From contig CP158635.1 in the NCBI GenBank assembly GCA_050273025.1, forward strand, positions 8,308,001-8,372,000: a DNA stretch of 64,000 bases, written 5' to 3'. Both the position numbers and the translations under genes were made by a program. Origin of the DNA: Cenococcum geophilum. Lineage: Eukaryota. The notes beneath the pieces were generated by a model. The model worked only from the letters and a program-made list of their open reading frames with translations. It was not told where the DNA came from and made no database searches. Shown in pieces: positions 23,481 through 38,800 of the stretch. Each line of letters begins with the position of its first letter. Position 1 is the first letter of the stretch.

Positions 23481-26400
23481 GTATTCTTTAGGTTTTATAG
23501 TAGCTCCTAGGTAGCCTTATTATAGCCTATCTACTTTACTTTATACTATATTTTATTGTTAATATCCTTATAATTTACAACCTTTAAAACCTACTATTTG
23601 TCTTTCTTTTATCCTCTATATATATCTACTTCGTTAATTAATAGCTCTGCGTCTCTATATGCTAGCTTTAGTATTATAATATGCTATATAAGGTAGATTT
23701 TTATCTTTACTAGTAAGTTAAGTCTATATATAACTTCTAAAATCTTAGCTATAATTTTAAATAGTCCTAGTCTAATATAGTCTAACTTCTTACTTAGCTA
23801 TCAACTTGTGAAATTTTTATATAATAACTATACTTTATCCCCCTCTTTTAGATCTAGTCCCTTAGATCTCTTAATATTATAGTACTTTTTTTTATTTTTT
23901 TAAATATTATTTTTATTATAAAATAAAGGTCCTTATAAAGATTTATTAGAGTTTCTATTTTTTCTTTTACTATTCTACTTATTTTTTTGCTTATTATAGT
24001 AATAATAATATTTTAGGCTTATATCTATAATTTACCTAAAATAGTAATACCTCTATACCTTCTTGTGGTGTTATATTATATATAAACTATATAACTAGTA
24101 ATAATAATACCTAATTATTCTATACGTAATTAATACAATATTTTAGATACTATTCTAGCGTCTAATTTAATCTTTCTATTTATCTATCTGTTTGTAAATA
24201 ATATATAGTAGAAGTTACTACTCTAACTCCTTATTTCGCTAAAAAATACTTCCGAAAATACTACTATAAATATTAAATCTCTATATAATATAATCTTACT
24301 TAGTACTCTATATCTTACAAAAACTCCTTTAATATAGATTCTAGCGATATCTTCCGCTAAGATTTCTTCTGTATATGCTATAAAGTAGCCCTATTTAGTT
24401 AACTTATCTACTATTATAATGGTTATATTATGCTCTTATTTAGTAATAAGATCTTTTAACTTTAGCAACTTTATAATAAAGTCCTATAATATAACTTCCT
24501 ATAGTCTTTCTAGTATCTTAATAGGCTATAGCTTTCCGTACGGCTTATACCTTATTAGCTTATTTCTTTGGTAATCTAAATATTCCTTTATAACTTTTTA
24601 TACTAAGCTCTAAATTCTATAAATTCTAAACTTCTCTTAAAGTCTTAACACTAAGCCTATAGCTCCATTATGTTCTTACGTTATTCCCCTATAGAAGTCT
24701 TTAATAAATTCTTCGATTATTCTCCTTAGGATATATATATTCGTTCTCTACTCGTACTAGTCTATTTCTAAGTATTTAGACTACGCCTCTTAAATCCTTT
24801 TTATCTAATTACTTTCCGGTAGCTTATATTTTTTAAATTACTATAATCTTAGAATAATTATACCTAATTAATCTATTACTATCCCTACGTAGTATTGCTC
24901 CTAATAGTTTCTTATTATTTTATAGTTTAGCCTTTTTACTAAGCGCGTTTACTCTTATATTCTCTATTCCCTTAGTATACTAAATCTTAAAATAGTATTC
25001 TATAAGTATTTATACCTATCTAACCTATCTATAATTAAGTTCTTTTATTATTAGGAACCTATTAGGTTTTTATAATCCGTCTTAACTATAAATAGTTTCT
25101 CTATACCTTATAAGAATACTCTCTATTTTTAAATACCATAACTATACCTAATAACTCCTTATTATAGATGTTATAGTTTAGTTCCAGTAGTATTATTTTT
25201 TAACTATAGTATACTACTAGATGCTATATATTCCTATACTTCTATAGTTAACATACCCCTAGTATAAAGTTTAATATATTTATTTCTATAACTATCTCTA
25301 ATTCTAGTTAATAGATTTTAAAGATTAGTTCCTAGGTAAATAACTCTTTAAGTTCTCTAAATAGTTTCTTTTATTTACTTCCCTATTCTTATAGTTCCTT
25401 TTTTTTATAAGCCTTATAAACGGCTTAATATTCTTTAACTACTATGCTATAAACCTTCTATAGTAGTTACAACCCCCTAAAAATAACCTTAACTATATTA
25501 TATTCTCTAGTTCTTATTAACTTACTATAGCTTTTGTCGGGAATAAGGCAAGCGGTCGTCACGTGACGCCGCGGCACTAGCGTAGCGAGGAGTCTTAAGC
25601 TCCTCGCCCTCCCTTATTCTAATTAAGAAGCTTTATTAACTAACATTACTATAACCTACTTAAGTAGTCATTATTGGTGAGTCACCCTATATAACTAATA
25701 CTAATTAGTGGTTAAATATACAGTTAACTATAGAGCAGCTAGGTTTTTAAATAGAAGAGATAGTCTTGTATAGGGGTGCTATATACGCTTATATGGAATG
25801 GATCCCGGCAATACTATACTACCTTAAACTTACGGAAAACTAGTAATAGAAGTGTCACTAAGTACTAGGAGATACTAAGTTGCGTCTATTACGTAGAACA
25901 ACTGCGTTTATAAAGATTTGGTTAAGTACTTTAGGTCAGAAGTGTTACTAAACCTAGGGTCCTAAGTTAACGTCTAAAACGCGTTAAACAACCTTTATTT
26001 CCTTATTCTTTTATTAAAAACGCGTTAAAAACAACTATCTTAATACCTTTAGTGTACCTCCGCAGACTATAGGATTACGATTACTACCTAATTACACGTT
26101 AAATAACCTTTAATAACAGCTATTATGGCGTTAACCTACCTGAAGAAGTACGAGGACGATATTAACCCAGAGATATAAAATACTGATATAACTAGCCTTA
26201 AAGATGTTAACTAGTAAAACTTAAACGGATTCTTATTATACCGTATAGTATACTATAAAGATAGTGAATATAACAACACTATGCTATGGTACTGCGTAAG
26301 GGAAGACTTTATTAGATAGATAAAGGGAATATAAACCCCTATAAAGAAGGATATTATATAAGACTTCTATAACTTCTTATAGAAGTATAGAGTCTTTATA

Positions 26401-26541
26401 TCTATAGATGGGGGTACTATTAGAGACAATATTTAGGAGTAGGTTATTAACGTAAAAAAAGAGCACGAGTAGACTCTATAAGAGATTAAGCACTAACTAC
26501 GCACTATAAGGAAGCTTAACTTACAATAGAATCTAAGTAAT

Positions 26542-29500
26542 TGTCACGGGATACCCCCGTAACACCTTGCATACGTTTACCTATTTCCACTAACTCAGCA
26601 ATTAGGGACTAACCGCGAAATGGCAATCTGACGGCAATCTAATAGCAATCTAACGGCAATCTACGGCATTCTGCTATATTCTGCTAAGTTCCACTAAATT
26701 CTACTAAGTTCTGCCAGGACCACGACCTAAACCCTATTCTGCCTATATACGTATTAACTAAGTAACTAAGTTAATAATATATACCCTTTCTTCCCGTTTT
26801 CCTACCTTCTTTCCTTACGTAATGTCTTAACCTCCTTATACAGTTTATATATATAGCTTAATAATATCTACCTTGCTATATATTATTGTTGCTTATACTT
26901 ACTCCGTAATACTATATTGCGTTAACTACCTATATTACTATTAATATGTAAAACAAATCTAAGGCCCCTATAACGGCCGCCGGTATTATATCCGCACTCT
27001 AAGAATAATTAGTAGGGATATAGAAGTCTTTTATAGACGCCCTTAAATAAAACTAAGCTATTTTAAACTAATAATAAGCTAAATAAGAAGCATAATACTA
27101 GCAATTAATTAAGGACCTCTAAGAAGAAGTCCGCGCCCTTAAGATGCCCACGCTAGGACCTTAAGACTAAATACTATCTCTAGAGATAAACACGTAGAAC
27201 GCGAGCCCTAAACCTATAGTAGCTACTTACCTTAAGCCAACCACTATACTAAAACGATTTAAACGATTACTAGATTCCCTAGTATTTACTAGTAAATAAT
27301 AAAAGCTCTAATTATTTCTAAGCTAGCTTAAAAATAAGCTAACTGGTAACGCTAACCGTTACCTAACTAACTCTATTACGCCTTAAGTTAACTAGGAGGA
27401 GATATAGCTAACTTTATTAAACTACTTTAGCCAAACTTAGTGTAAAGCCTAGTTATACTTCTTAAAGCCATATATAGTAACCTAAACTATTAAGCTACTA
27501 CTTAAAGAAAGATAAACTATATAACTTAAGGAACAAAAAGTTTCCTAGTATACTTCTCCGAATTTAACCGTTACGTAAAGGAAATAGGCTAGAATAACTC
27601 CGCACTAATTAATAGCCTTATTAAATCCCTAAGCCCTAAACTAAAAACCTCCCTAATAGGCGTAGACCTACTAGGAGCCCTTAATGCCTGCGTAAATATT
27701 ATTAATAAATAATATAATAATATACTACGCCTAATACCGAAGCCTGCTCTATAATATAATATAACAACCCTATAAACGTCTACTAAGTTATTGTTTTAGC
27801 CTAAGCACCCTAACGCTATAGATATTAACACTAGAACCTTAGGGTATACCCTTCTAGGGTCCTCTAAACGAGAATAACGTATTAAGCTAGGCCTCTACTT
27901 TAAATATAAAAGTAGCTTTTACCTCTCTAACTACTGCTCTATCCTTATACCTAAATACGAATTATAAATAGCTAATACTAGCAGCCGTTTACCGCATTAA
28001 TCTTCTAGTTACCGTCCCTAATCTTTACCTAGTTCCAGCCCTATATCTAGTAAGCACTATTTATAAAGACGAAGCTATAGTTAATATCCTATAAGAACCT
28101 TACCCTAATTGCCTCTAAAAGGAAGGTCCTAGAGCTAAGTTGCTCTCTAGAACGGCTCTACTATAGGATCTTATTAAACGCATTTAACGTTATAAACTCC
28201 GACTCTTAAGACCGTAGTATAACTATTAACTGCCATCTTTAGTAGAATAGTTAATAGGCTAACGCTTAAATCCTAATTAACACAGGAGCTAGCGGCATAG
28301 GATTTATTAATAAGATCTTTATATAAAATAATAGTTTTACCCTAACCCCCCTTAACTGGCATATTAACGTATTTGGATTTAATAGTAAATATACCGTCTT
28401 AGGCCGTATTACCTATGTAGTATTCCTAAGACTCTAATACCTAAACTATAAAGAATTAATTAAACTTTTTGTTACTACCTTAGGTCACTTAGTAATCCTT
28501 AAATAACCCTAAATAAAGCTATATAAGGTAACTATCGATTAAGACAACCTTAAGCTTTTATTTACCGCCTTCCGTTACAAGTAGAAGTACCTTACTACTT
28601 ACTATTTAGGCCCAGAACTAAAATCTAAAAAATCTACTATAATCTACTAGTCTAAAATTTCTATAACTAACCACCCTATACCCGAGGAATCTACCAGATT
28701 CCACCAACCTAGGAATTCCACTGAATTCCACTAATATAAGATTTCCACTAATGCCCACTTTATGCCTAAGAATTCCACTAACATCCACTAAGGATTTAAA
28801 AACTCCACTAAATTCTATAAGTTATTACTAAGCACTACACCGCCCCAAGCTAAGTAAAAGCTTAAGCTTTATATACGAAAATACTAAAAGGACTAGTATT
28901 CTACTATAAAAAGGATTCTTAAAGAACCTAAACCCAAATCTAATACTAACTCCGTACTTAATACCGAACCTAAACCTAAATAAGAAACTATAGACAATCC
29001 GAGTAAGCTTAGTACCCTAGATATCCGCATAATTGGAGCTACCCCGCTAGCGCAACTTGCTAAGAAACCTAAGTATACAATCTTCGCTATTATAATGGCC
29101 GATATTAAGAAGGCCTTAGTACTAAAGAAGTATACTAACCTTGCCACGAAGGTACTAATAGAGTATTATTATTGCCTAGATATATTCTTATAAAAGGAAG
29201 CTAATAAGCTACTAGAATACTAACTATATGACTATAAGATTATACTTAAAGAAGGAAAGCAGCTTAGATTTAGACCCTTATATAGAATGTCCTAAAATAA
29301 ACTCTAAGTACTATAAAAGTATTTAGACGAGAACCTAAGTAAAGGATTTATTAGAGCAAGCTCATCGCCTATGGCCGCACTAGTGATCTTTGTTAAGAAA
29401 CCCAGCGGCGGTCTACGCTTCTGTATAGACTACTAAGCTCTTAACACTATTACCGTTAAGAACTAATATCCAATCCCGTTAATATAAGAGACCTAAACTA

Positions 29501-32500
29501 ATTAAGTAAGGCTCGTTACTATACAAAGCTTAATATTGTCTCTATATTTAACTGTCTCTATATTATAAAAGGGGATAAATAGCTTACTACATTTCGTACC
29601 CGATATAGACTATTTAAATACTTAGTAACACCCTTTAGCCTCGCAAACGCTCTAAGCTTATTTTAACATTATATAAATAATACCCTGCGCCCCTACCTAG
29701 ATATCTTCTATACTGCTTATATTAATAACATCCTAATATATAGTAATAACTTAACTAAATATCGGAAATACGTTAACCTTATTTTATAAGCCCTACACGG
29801 AGCTAGTCTATAATTAGATATAGATAAATGCGAGTTTTATAAAACGGAAGTCCTATATTTTAGATTTCTTATTTCTATAAACGGTATACGAATGGACTTA
29901 AAGAAAGTTAAAGTAATTATAAACTGGTAAGAACCTGAAAATGTTAAGGACGTAAGAGCCTTTATAGGATTTGCTAATTTCTACTAATAATTTATTAATA
30001 ACTTCTCCGCCCTAGTTTTACCCCTTATAGCTCTAACCTAAAAGAATAAAGTCTTTATCTTTAATAAGGAATATAAAAAGGCCTTTACCTATCTAAAGGT
30101 TATGTTTACTACTGCGCTTATACTTTAATACTTTAACCTAAACCAAATAAGTGTTATAGAAGCCAACTTATCTAACTACGTTACTAAAGGCATCCTATCT
30201 TAATATAATAAGGATAAAGTATTGCACCCTATAGTATACTTCTTAAAATAACTAAGTCTAGCTAAATATAACTACAAGATCTACAATAAGGAATTATCAG
30301 CTATTATTAGATATTTTAAATAATAGTAACCTAAACTAGAAGGCGCTAGATTTCTAATTAAGGTCCTTAGCGATTATAAGAACCTATAGTACTCTACGAC
30401 CACAAAACAGCTAAGTTATTATTAGGCCCGCTAGTTAGAATATCTATCTTATTTCCGATTTTTAATTATATACCGCCTAAGCGTCTAAGGCTAGAAGCCT
30501 AATGCCCTAACCTAATGCTTGTAAAACGCGCCAGCCCTAAAAGAAGCGTACTCTTACCGAAATTAGACCCTACTTCGCCCTAAACTATTTAACCCTCTTA
30601 CTAAAGATCTTACGGTATACGTCCTTAAAATAATAAATCGATTAATTAAATAGATTATAGTTAATAAATACCTAAATAACGAGTTTATCTAAGAGATGCT
30701 TAAGCTAATATAAGATAGTATTAGACGCTTTAAAAAGATTTCTTTAAGTAAATATAAAGCCCGCGGAAACCGCTTATATTACTAGAACTATCTAATTATC
30801 CCTAATTATAATAAGCTTAAGCTTAAACTCCTTAAACATATATATAATTTACCTATCGCCAGCTACCTAGGCTAAGGAAAGTGTTATGCGATACGCTACC
30901 TATACCGTAGGTATAGGCTAGAGAGCTTATAAGGCATTCCAACCGGCAGCCCGTTCAGTCGCGAGATACTACTACTACCTTTTTGGTGGTTTGTATGGTT
31001 AAGTGGGTTGGGCTTAGGCATAATAATGTGTCTCGCGACTACCTAGAGGTTAGTGTTCGATCTAGTATAGGGTTGAATGTTTACGAGTACGGGACAGCCT
31101 AAGCGACTGCACTCTCTGCAGTCAGTGCGGGGTTATCGCACGTGCTTGCTGAAGGTCACCTTATGGAAAGCTTAATACGCTAGCTAGGGTGCTAGCGGGG
31201 ACGCCTCGCGATTGCAGCTAGGGTGCTGCGGGCAGCTTGTATGCTGCGTGGCCAAGACCACCTGGCGAAAGGCCAGCCATTTATCGCAGTCCAGGCGCCT
31301 GAGGACATGCGCCCTAGGAGGGGGTGCAGTTGTCATGCGATGCGCTACCTATACCTGCGGTATAGGCTGGAGAGCTTATAAGGTATTCCAACCGGCAGCC
31401 TGTCCAGTCGCGAGACACTGCTGCTACCTTTTTGGTGGTTTGTATGGTTAAGTGGGTTAGGCTTAGGCATAACAGAAAGACCCTAAAACTACTTTAACGG
31501 GAGTATTATTGGCTAAACATATATAATATAACACGAAGGTACGTCTCTAGCTGCCACACCTACTAATGAGCTAAAGCCTCGCATAAGACGTATAACGGTC
31601 TTTTAAAGCCGCTACCTGTTCCGGACTAAAGATAAAAGGATATCTTAATTAACTTTATTATTAACCTACTTAAGAGTAGAGGCTATATAAGCATTATAAT
31701 AGTTATAAACCAACTATCTAAAATAAGATATTTAATCGCCTGCCCTAATATATTAATGCCTGCTATTACCTAACTATTTTTAGATTATATATAGAAACTC
31801 TACGGACTCCCTAAAACGATTATCTCTAATAAAGGCAGCTAGTTTGTCTTAGCATTCTAGAAAGAACTAACTACTTAACTCTATATTAAAGCACTATTGT
31901 TTACTATATATTATCTAGAAATAGATAGCTAAATAAAATACGTAAATGCTATAATAGAATAGTATATTCGGATATATACGTTATATTTATAGGATAACTA
32001 GATTAACTGGCTTATATTCGCTAAGTTTACTATAAATAACTCCGTCTTAGAAACTATAAAAGTCTCCCTATTCCTAGCTAATTATGGCTAGTACCTACAA
32101 ATAGGGTTTAAACCCTTTAGTAATGTTCCTTACCCTACTTATTACGCTTTATAAGTCGCAGAAGCAAATAAATTCGTAAAGAAGATAGAGGAACTATAAT
32201 AGTTTCTTACTAATAAGATAATATAGGCTTAATCTATCTATAAAGCCGCAGCGAATAAGAAATAAACCCTAGCACCGGCCTACTAAATTAGTAATTTCGT
32301 CTGGCTAGATATAAGAAATCTAAATACAAAATAACTAACTAAGAAACTTAATTAGAAGAACGCTGGCCCTTATAAGGTTAAAAAGGTTATCTTTCCTTAG
32401 GCCTACTAACTGAAGCTCCCTAATACAGTTAAAATCCACCCCGTATTCTATACGTTAGTCCTTTACCCTACCACCCCTATATTAGACGCCCTGCCTAAAC

Positions 32501-33103
32501 AGATATAAAACCCTCCCCTACTAGTTAAAGTAGATAGTAAGAACGAGTACTTTATTAAAAGAATTAATAATATTAAGTATAATAAACGGAAACGCTAATA
32601 TATATATCTTATGAAATAGAGAGGTTTTACTAAGTCCTTATAGGAACCTATTAACTTTATAGGACTTATATAAGCTGCAGAAGACTTTTATAAACTCTAC
32701 CTAGAACTACTATAGCCCTATCTCGCAGAAGCTTAAGTTTAAAGGGGGGGTACTATTATAGGACACCCCCGTAATACCTTACACACATCTACTTATTTCT
32801 ACCAACTTAGCAATTAGGGACTAACCGTGAAATAGTAATCTAACGGCAATCTAATAGCAATCTAACGGTAATCTACGGCATTCTGCTATATTCTACTAAG
32901 TTCTGCTAGGACTATAACCTAAACCCTATTCTGCCTATATATATATTAACTAAGCAACCAAGTTAACAATATATACCCTTTCTTCCCGTTTTCCTACCTT
33001 CTTTCCTTATATAACGTCTTAACCTCCTTATACAGTTCATATACATAGCTTAATAATATCTACCTTGCTATATATTATCGTCGCTTATATTCACTCCGTA
33101 ATA
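26542..33103 (+). mobile_element. Gypsy-B, full-length chromovirus
   Basis: LTRs at 26542-26911 and 32754-33103, [25 protein letters not shown] ~29390, integrase, chromodomain ~32545-32700, PPT AAAGGGGGGG. Confidence 0.95.
30882..31474 (+). mobile_element. TRIM (terminal-repeat retrotransposon in miniature), 593 bp
   Basis: 144-bp direct repeats at 30882-31025 and 31331-31474 (TG..CA), TSD GAAAG, PPT AGGAGGGGG, 305-bp non-coding interior. Confidence 0.93.
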
Positions 33104-34224
33104 GTAATACACCTCTAAAGATAAACCTACCTTCGCCTTTAACCCCTCTATATCTAATTTAACCCGTAACTTTAATATCGGATATTATACCCTAACGAGA
33201 GCAGGTATAGGATCCTATTGCTTTATAATTTAATAACTTTCGGACTCCACCGACCAGACTTATATCCCTACTATAGCCTATAATATAACTCCTACCTCCT
33301 CTATCTTAATCTTAAATTAGAGGTAGTTTAAAATTACTTATAGAGCTTACGAAGCTCTATTTAGATTAGGAGAAGAAGTTTAGCGGGGAATTATACAATA
33401 TTCTTAATTTAAAACTATATATCTTTTATAACTATTGCTAGAAGGTAGAAATAGAGTCTAATTAATACCACAACGCTTATTCCGTTATACTTAAGGGCCA
33501 AGCTAATACCTTCTATTATAATTATTTGGTAGGAAAAGGATATAATTTTAACCGCATAATATATAAGTTAAAATGCTACTTTAAAATAGAAGAGAATAAG
33601 TAGCAGTATATATTAGAATAGAGAGAGACTACCTTTCTAAGGATTATTGCTATAAACCTAGGTATCCCTTAGCTTAATTACCTTTAAAAGCTTTTTAATT
33701 AACTTTAAATAATTTAGCGTGATTTATCTAAATTATATTAAGAGAACTTTAGCCTATATAATCAAGTTATTAGCGTATACTAAGGCGTTAAAGAATGCAA
33801 CCTTACTCTTTTTAATCCTGTAAACACTTATAAAGGCGTATATACTTAATTAAGATCTTCTATTAGCACCGCTCTACGCTTTTAAAAAGTATAGCAATTA
33901 AACGCCTAACTTTAACCTACTTTAATTAACCCGCCCGACTAATATAATTATAACTAGACTAATTAAATATATAGTGGCCGTAGTAGGTAATACGGTAGAG
34001 AGTATAATTAATAACTATAAGGTAAAGGTAGAGGTCCTTATAGAGGTTTATTTCGAAGTAATTACTAAAAGAAGTGCTATATTTGTAAGAAACTAAATTA
34101 CTAGTTAACTAGGCATTCTCTTAATAAATAAAAGGAGGTATATAATAAGTTTCGCCAAAGTATAAGAAACGTTAGAAATTATAAGGTTATTACGGCCTAC
34201 TTTTAAAGCTTCCTAGTTTAATAT

Positions 34225-35892
34225 TGTCGGAATATATAGACAGGAATATATAGATAGAGGTTACGTGGTCATGTCTCTGATTAGTCATCCTTACGGTGAC
34301 TTATTAGCCCCCTACTTAGGCACTGCGATCCTTACGATCCTCTGCTTTCTATACCTATTAAACAACAAATAAATCCATTAGTTAATAGGCCAATTAAGTA
34401 CACTTAGGTAATACCGACATTAATTAATAGTTAACCTCACTGGTTGGCTATAGAGCAATAAGGTTCACTACCGCCCTAATAGCTTTAATTAAAAGCAGCA
34501 CTCTAATATCTAGTAGTAAAACTAGCACTTAGCAGCTTCGGCAGCACCTAATTCTAGCTAGCTTAGAATATATATAAATACGCAACGTATAAGACATTCT
34601 ATAGCACGCAAATTAATACCTAGTACGACCTCTTTACTAAGTATTAGTACCCCTAGCTTATTAACAGCACCTAATACCTAACCGCCCTTAGGCAGTACCC
34701 TATTAGCAGCTACCTTAGCAGCTACCTTAGCAGCACTTATGCAGTATACCAGCTTATATAGTATCCAGCGTTATAGTAACCTAATAGCCTTACGCAGTAC
34801 CCAATACCTAATAGCTTTACGTAGTAACCTAGTGTAATAATATAACTTAGCAGCAAACTAATATCTAGTACGCGTTTTAGTATATAAATTAATACCTAAT
34901 AGCCTTATATAGTACTCTAGCGTTATAGCAACCTAGTAGCGTTAGTAGCACCCAATACCTAATAACCTAGCAGCGTTAGCAGCATCCTATAACCTAGCAG
35001 CATTAGCAGTACCCCCTATAACCCTAATACCGTCTACCGCCTTCCTTACAGATCTACTACGTTAAAAATTATATTAATAGCACGCCCCTAAACGCCAGCG
35101 TGCCCCCTTCCCTCCTATGGCCTTTATAAGCCATGAATACTACATTAATAGAGTCTATATATTAGTGGCTTTATATATAAAGAAAGAACTGCTAGTATTA
35201 GAATATATAAATAAAGGTTATATAGTTATATAAGAATTTGTGCCGATACGCCTACAAATATAACCCCGTTACTGGCATTATACTACTACCTAAATAACCT
35301 TATCGCTAGTACCGTACTACTACCTACACAGATAATAATCGTGCCAATATACATACAATATATTAACCAACTGATTGCGCTAATACGCCTGCAATCTACT
35401 AACCAAATAATTGTGCCTATACGCCTACGATCTACCAACCGACCAATAGATAAGCTCTATGTTTAACCACTATCACTACCCAACGCTTATACCGTACTGC
35501 TATTATAATAGACTCTTACTGCCCTGCCTGTAGCTAACTGACTTCTACTGCTCTACCTGCGGTAATATAATTAACAACTGCTGCTCCGCCTGCAGTACTA
35601 CTATTACCTTATACTGCCTTCCACCTCTAGCTAAACCGACACCTTGCTGCCTTACTGCCTTCCTATAACGCTATAAGCATAAAGAAAGAACTGCTAGTGT
35701 TAGAATATATGGACAGGAATATATGGACAGAGGTTACGTAGTTACGTCTCTAATTAGTCATCCTTACGGTGACTTATTAGCCCCCTACTTAGGCACTGCA
35801 ATCCTTACGATCCTCTACTTTCTATACCTATTAGACAACGAATAAATCTATTAGTTAATAGGCCAATTAAGTACACTTAGGTGATACCGACA
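34225..35892 (+). mobile_element. Non-autonomous LTR element, copy 1 (1668 bp), with Copia-type cis signals
   Basis: 195-bp LTRs at 34225-34419 and 35698-35892, TSD AATAT, low-complexity interior with no pol, PPT AAAGAAAGAACTGCTAG. Confidence 0.92.
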
Positions 35893-38800
35893 AATATAAA
35901 GGCGTAAAAGATCTTAAGGGTAAGGTTAATAAGGCTAAACAGCTCCTTATAGATATAGAAATTAAGGACTACTTACCTAACCAATACTTTACTAAGTATA
36001 GTAAGGTAGATAGTATATAAACCGTCGCTATTCTTAATAACTAATCTACGCTCCATTTTATTATAAAGTTAAATATCTTTAATAAGCTAAAGAAGAGCTT
36101 TGCGTTCTCCTTTAATAATAAATACTTAGTGAATATCTTTTATAGTATTATACCAGATACTAGAGCCGCAGAAGTATCTATAGTAGGAGAACCTTAAGTT
36201 TAAGCCCTTTAGCAGCTTAATAACTCTATTTAAATTAACTATTTAACGGCAGGCTAATATACGATTTGTTTTAGCAAGGGTACTATAATCTCTCTTAGCA
36301 TAATTAGGGTTTAAACCCCCTTAGGGTGCATTACTTTCCACATTATTCCTATAAATACTCCATTTCTATTTTGTATTAGAGATATAAATAAATTAGGTAT
36401 TAAGCTTAACAACCTTAAGAATATACTTATATAGGGAGATAGTCGGGTACCTATTGTACGTAAGTAGGGTTACCCTTAGTTACTCCTTTATTAACTAAAA
36501 AAGAGTATTACTTAAAGCCACCTAACTAAGTCAGAGTTACGTTAACTATACTATCATTTTAGCTATCTATCTGTTTATTAATTGCTTAGGGTTCTTTACT
36601 AAATAGGCTATAAAGTTAAGGTTAAGGTAATTAAGCATCTTATAAAGTACTACTATTACTACTAAATAAACTAAAAGTCCCCTAGCCGATTTAAGTTCAC
36701 CCTTAAAGATAACTATAACTTTAACTTCTATATTATTGTTAACGTTATATATTTTAGCGGCAAGCTAGTACTCTAAGTTATTAACTTTTTAACCTCCTTT
36801 TAAGCCGCACGTTTTTTAAAGGATATATTAGCTAGAAATGTATAGAATACCCTATAATTATACTAGATTAATATCTACCTAGAACCCTCTAATTAAATTG
36901 TCTATAATATAGAAAAGAACTTCTTATCTATAGAGTTTTAATAATAGATAAAAGCAATGGTAATTAAGGTTAAGGAAGTCCCTATTAAGGCATATAATAG
37001 TATTAAAAAAGTAGAGCGATATTACGCGCTATTACGCCGCGTATATAAGATTATCTCTTTAAAACTAGAGAATACTAGTAAAGAACTTACCTTATAAATA
37101 GCTGTTAAAGCTATTAATAATTCCGCTAGCCTAGATAAACTTATACCTATATTACTAGTCTTTAGCGCCTACCTTTAAATAACTAATAATTCTTTACTAT
37201 CTCCCTCTATTATATAATAAGCTAAGGCTATTTATAAGGTAACGAAGGAGGTGCGATATCTCTATACTATACGCTAGGTTAACAACGCACTAGGAATAAG
37301 AAATAGCCTAAACACCTTAACTACACTTAATCTGCTACTTTAGTCTAAGGTATATATATAGTATAAAAAGGGAGAATAGTTAGGCCTATATTAACTTATT
37401 ATAATTAATAGTTAAACTTATACTATTTAGATGCCTTACAGACCCACTTAATTCCGTTTAATATTATTAAGCCTTACTATAAAGATAATAGTTCTAAGCC
37501 TTTATAGGATGCCCTAAAAGAGGCCCTAAAGGAGAACTATAATTAACGTGCTTTAGAAGGCGACTATAATTCTAATATAATTATAGTAAATACGCCGCAA
37601 CTATAACGCGTTAGAGGTTATCTAAAGGAATTATAAAATTACTAATATCTTATTAATTTTAAAGAGCAATTTATTGCCGCTATTAAAAATAGAGTTAAGT
37701 TATTAATGGCCTTTATAATAACTAAAGAAAAGGATAACTTTAAACTTACAAAATAGCTTTAAAAGGAAGGTTGTATTATAACTTTAAAAGCTCCTTTCTA
37801 AGTATCTAATAAGTAAGAAATTAATAGTCTTATTATAAGAGAAGTCTTTAAATTTAAGAAGTATAACCCTATTAAGTTTAATAGAGTTCGCATCTTTAAG
37901 TTAAGAATAGTTAATAAGATTAAAGGTAAAGCTACTAATGCCCCATTTAAGAAATTAAGGCTTATTATTTAAGGCTATAATAATAATAGTAAGGAGGTAA
38001 TTCTTATATAATTTTCTATAATTTAACGAGCTAGTCAGTAAGTTATTATTAAGCTAGCTCCCTCCTTAATAAAGAACGGAATAGTGGTTTATTTATAAGA
38101 TATTACTTAGGCCTATACCTAATTAGAGACGTACCTTTAGCGCTTAATACTAGTATACCTTTTAAAGTAAATTTGCTACCAATATCCCAAAGATATAATT
38201 ATGGTTATACTTAAGCTATTATATAGAATTGTAGAGGTAAGAACTTATTAGTAAACTACCTATAGTAAGCACTATAAAGAGAAGCTCTTAATAACTACTT
38301 TTATATTTAATTTATACTTCCTTATTATAATTATAAAAACCCTATTTAGGATTGTTGGTATATAAACTAATAATATAATTATCTTAGGAGACGACTAATT
38401 CTTAGCTCTTAAAGAAGATAAGCTAATAAAGGTAAATTTTATAGCAAAGCTAAAGGAAAAGCTTAATTTAATAACACTATTACTTTTTAATAAATGCATC
38501 CTCTCCCTAAATAAGGATTCTATTACTTTACGCTAGAAGGGTTAAGGTAAGAAGATTAATATTATTAACACTAATTCTCTAAAGCAAGGATATGTGGAGT
38601 AACGCGCTTATAAAGCTTATATTGCTTCTATCTGTTAACCTAAGGCTTTATTTAATCTCTCTATTGCCACCTAATATTAGAAATTAGCTAAGGATGACGT
38701 TCTTGCCCTAAATAAGCGTTTTTCCTAGTAAATAAACTATCTTAATTAGGGACTACTCTACGTGCCTATTAATCTTCCTACCACTAAGCTCTTTATATTT

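Noticed and set aside
30882..31474. Retrozyme (hammerhead ribozyme in the LTR) and the 79-aa ORF 31212-31451
   Set aside because: I found no CTGANGA...GAAA core with the required stems by eye. The ORF has a non-ATG start and crosses the PPT/LTR boundary. An Infernal scan would settle the ribozyme question.
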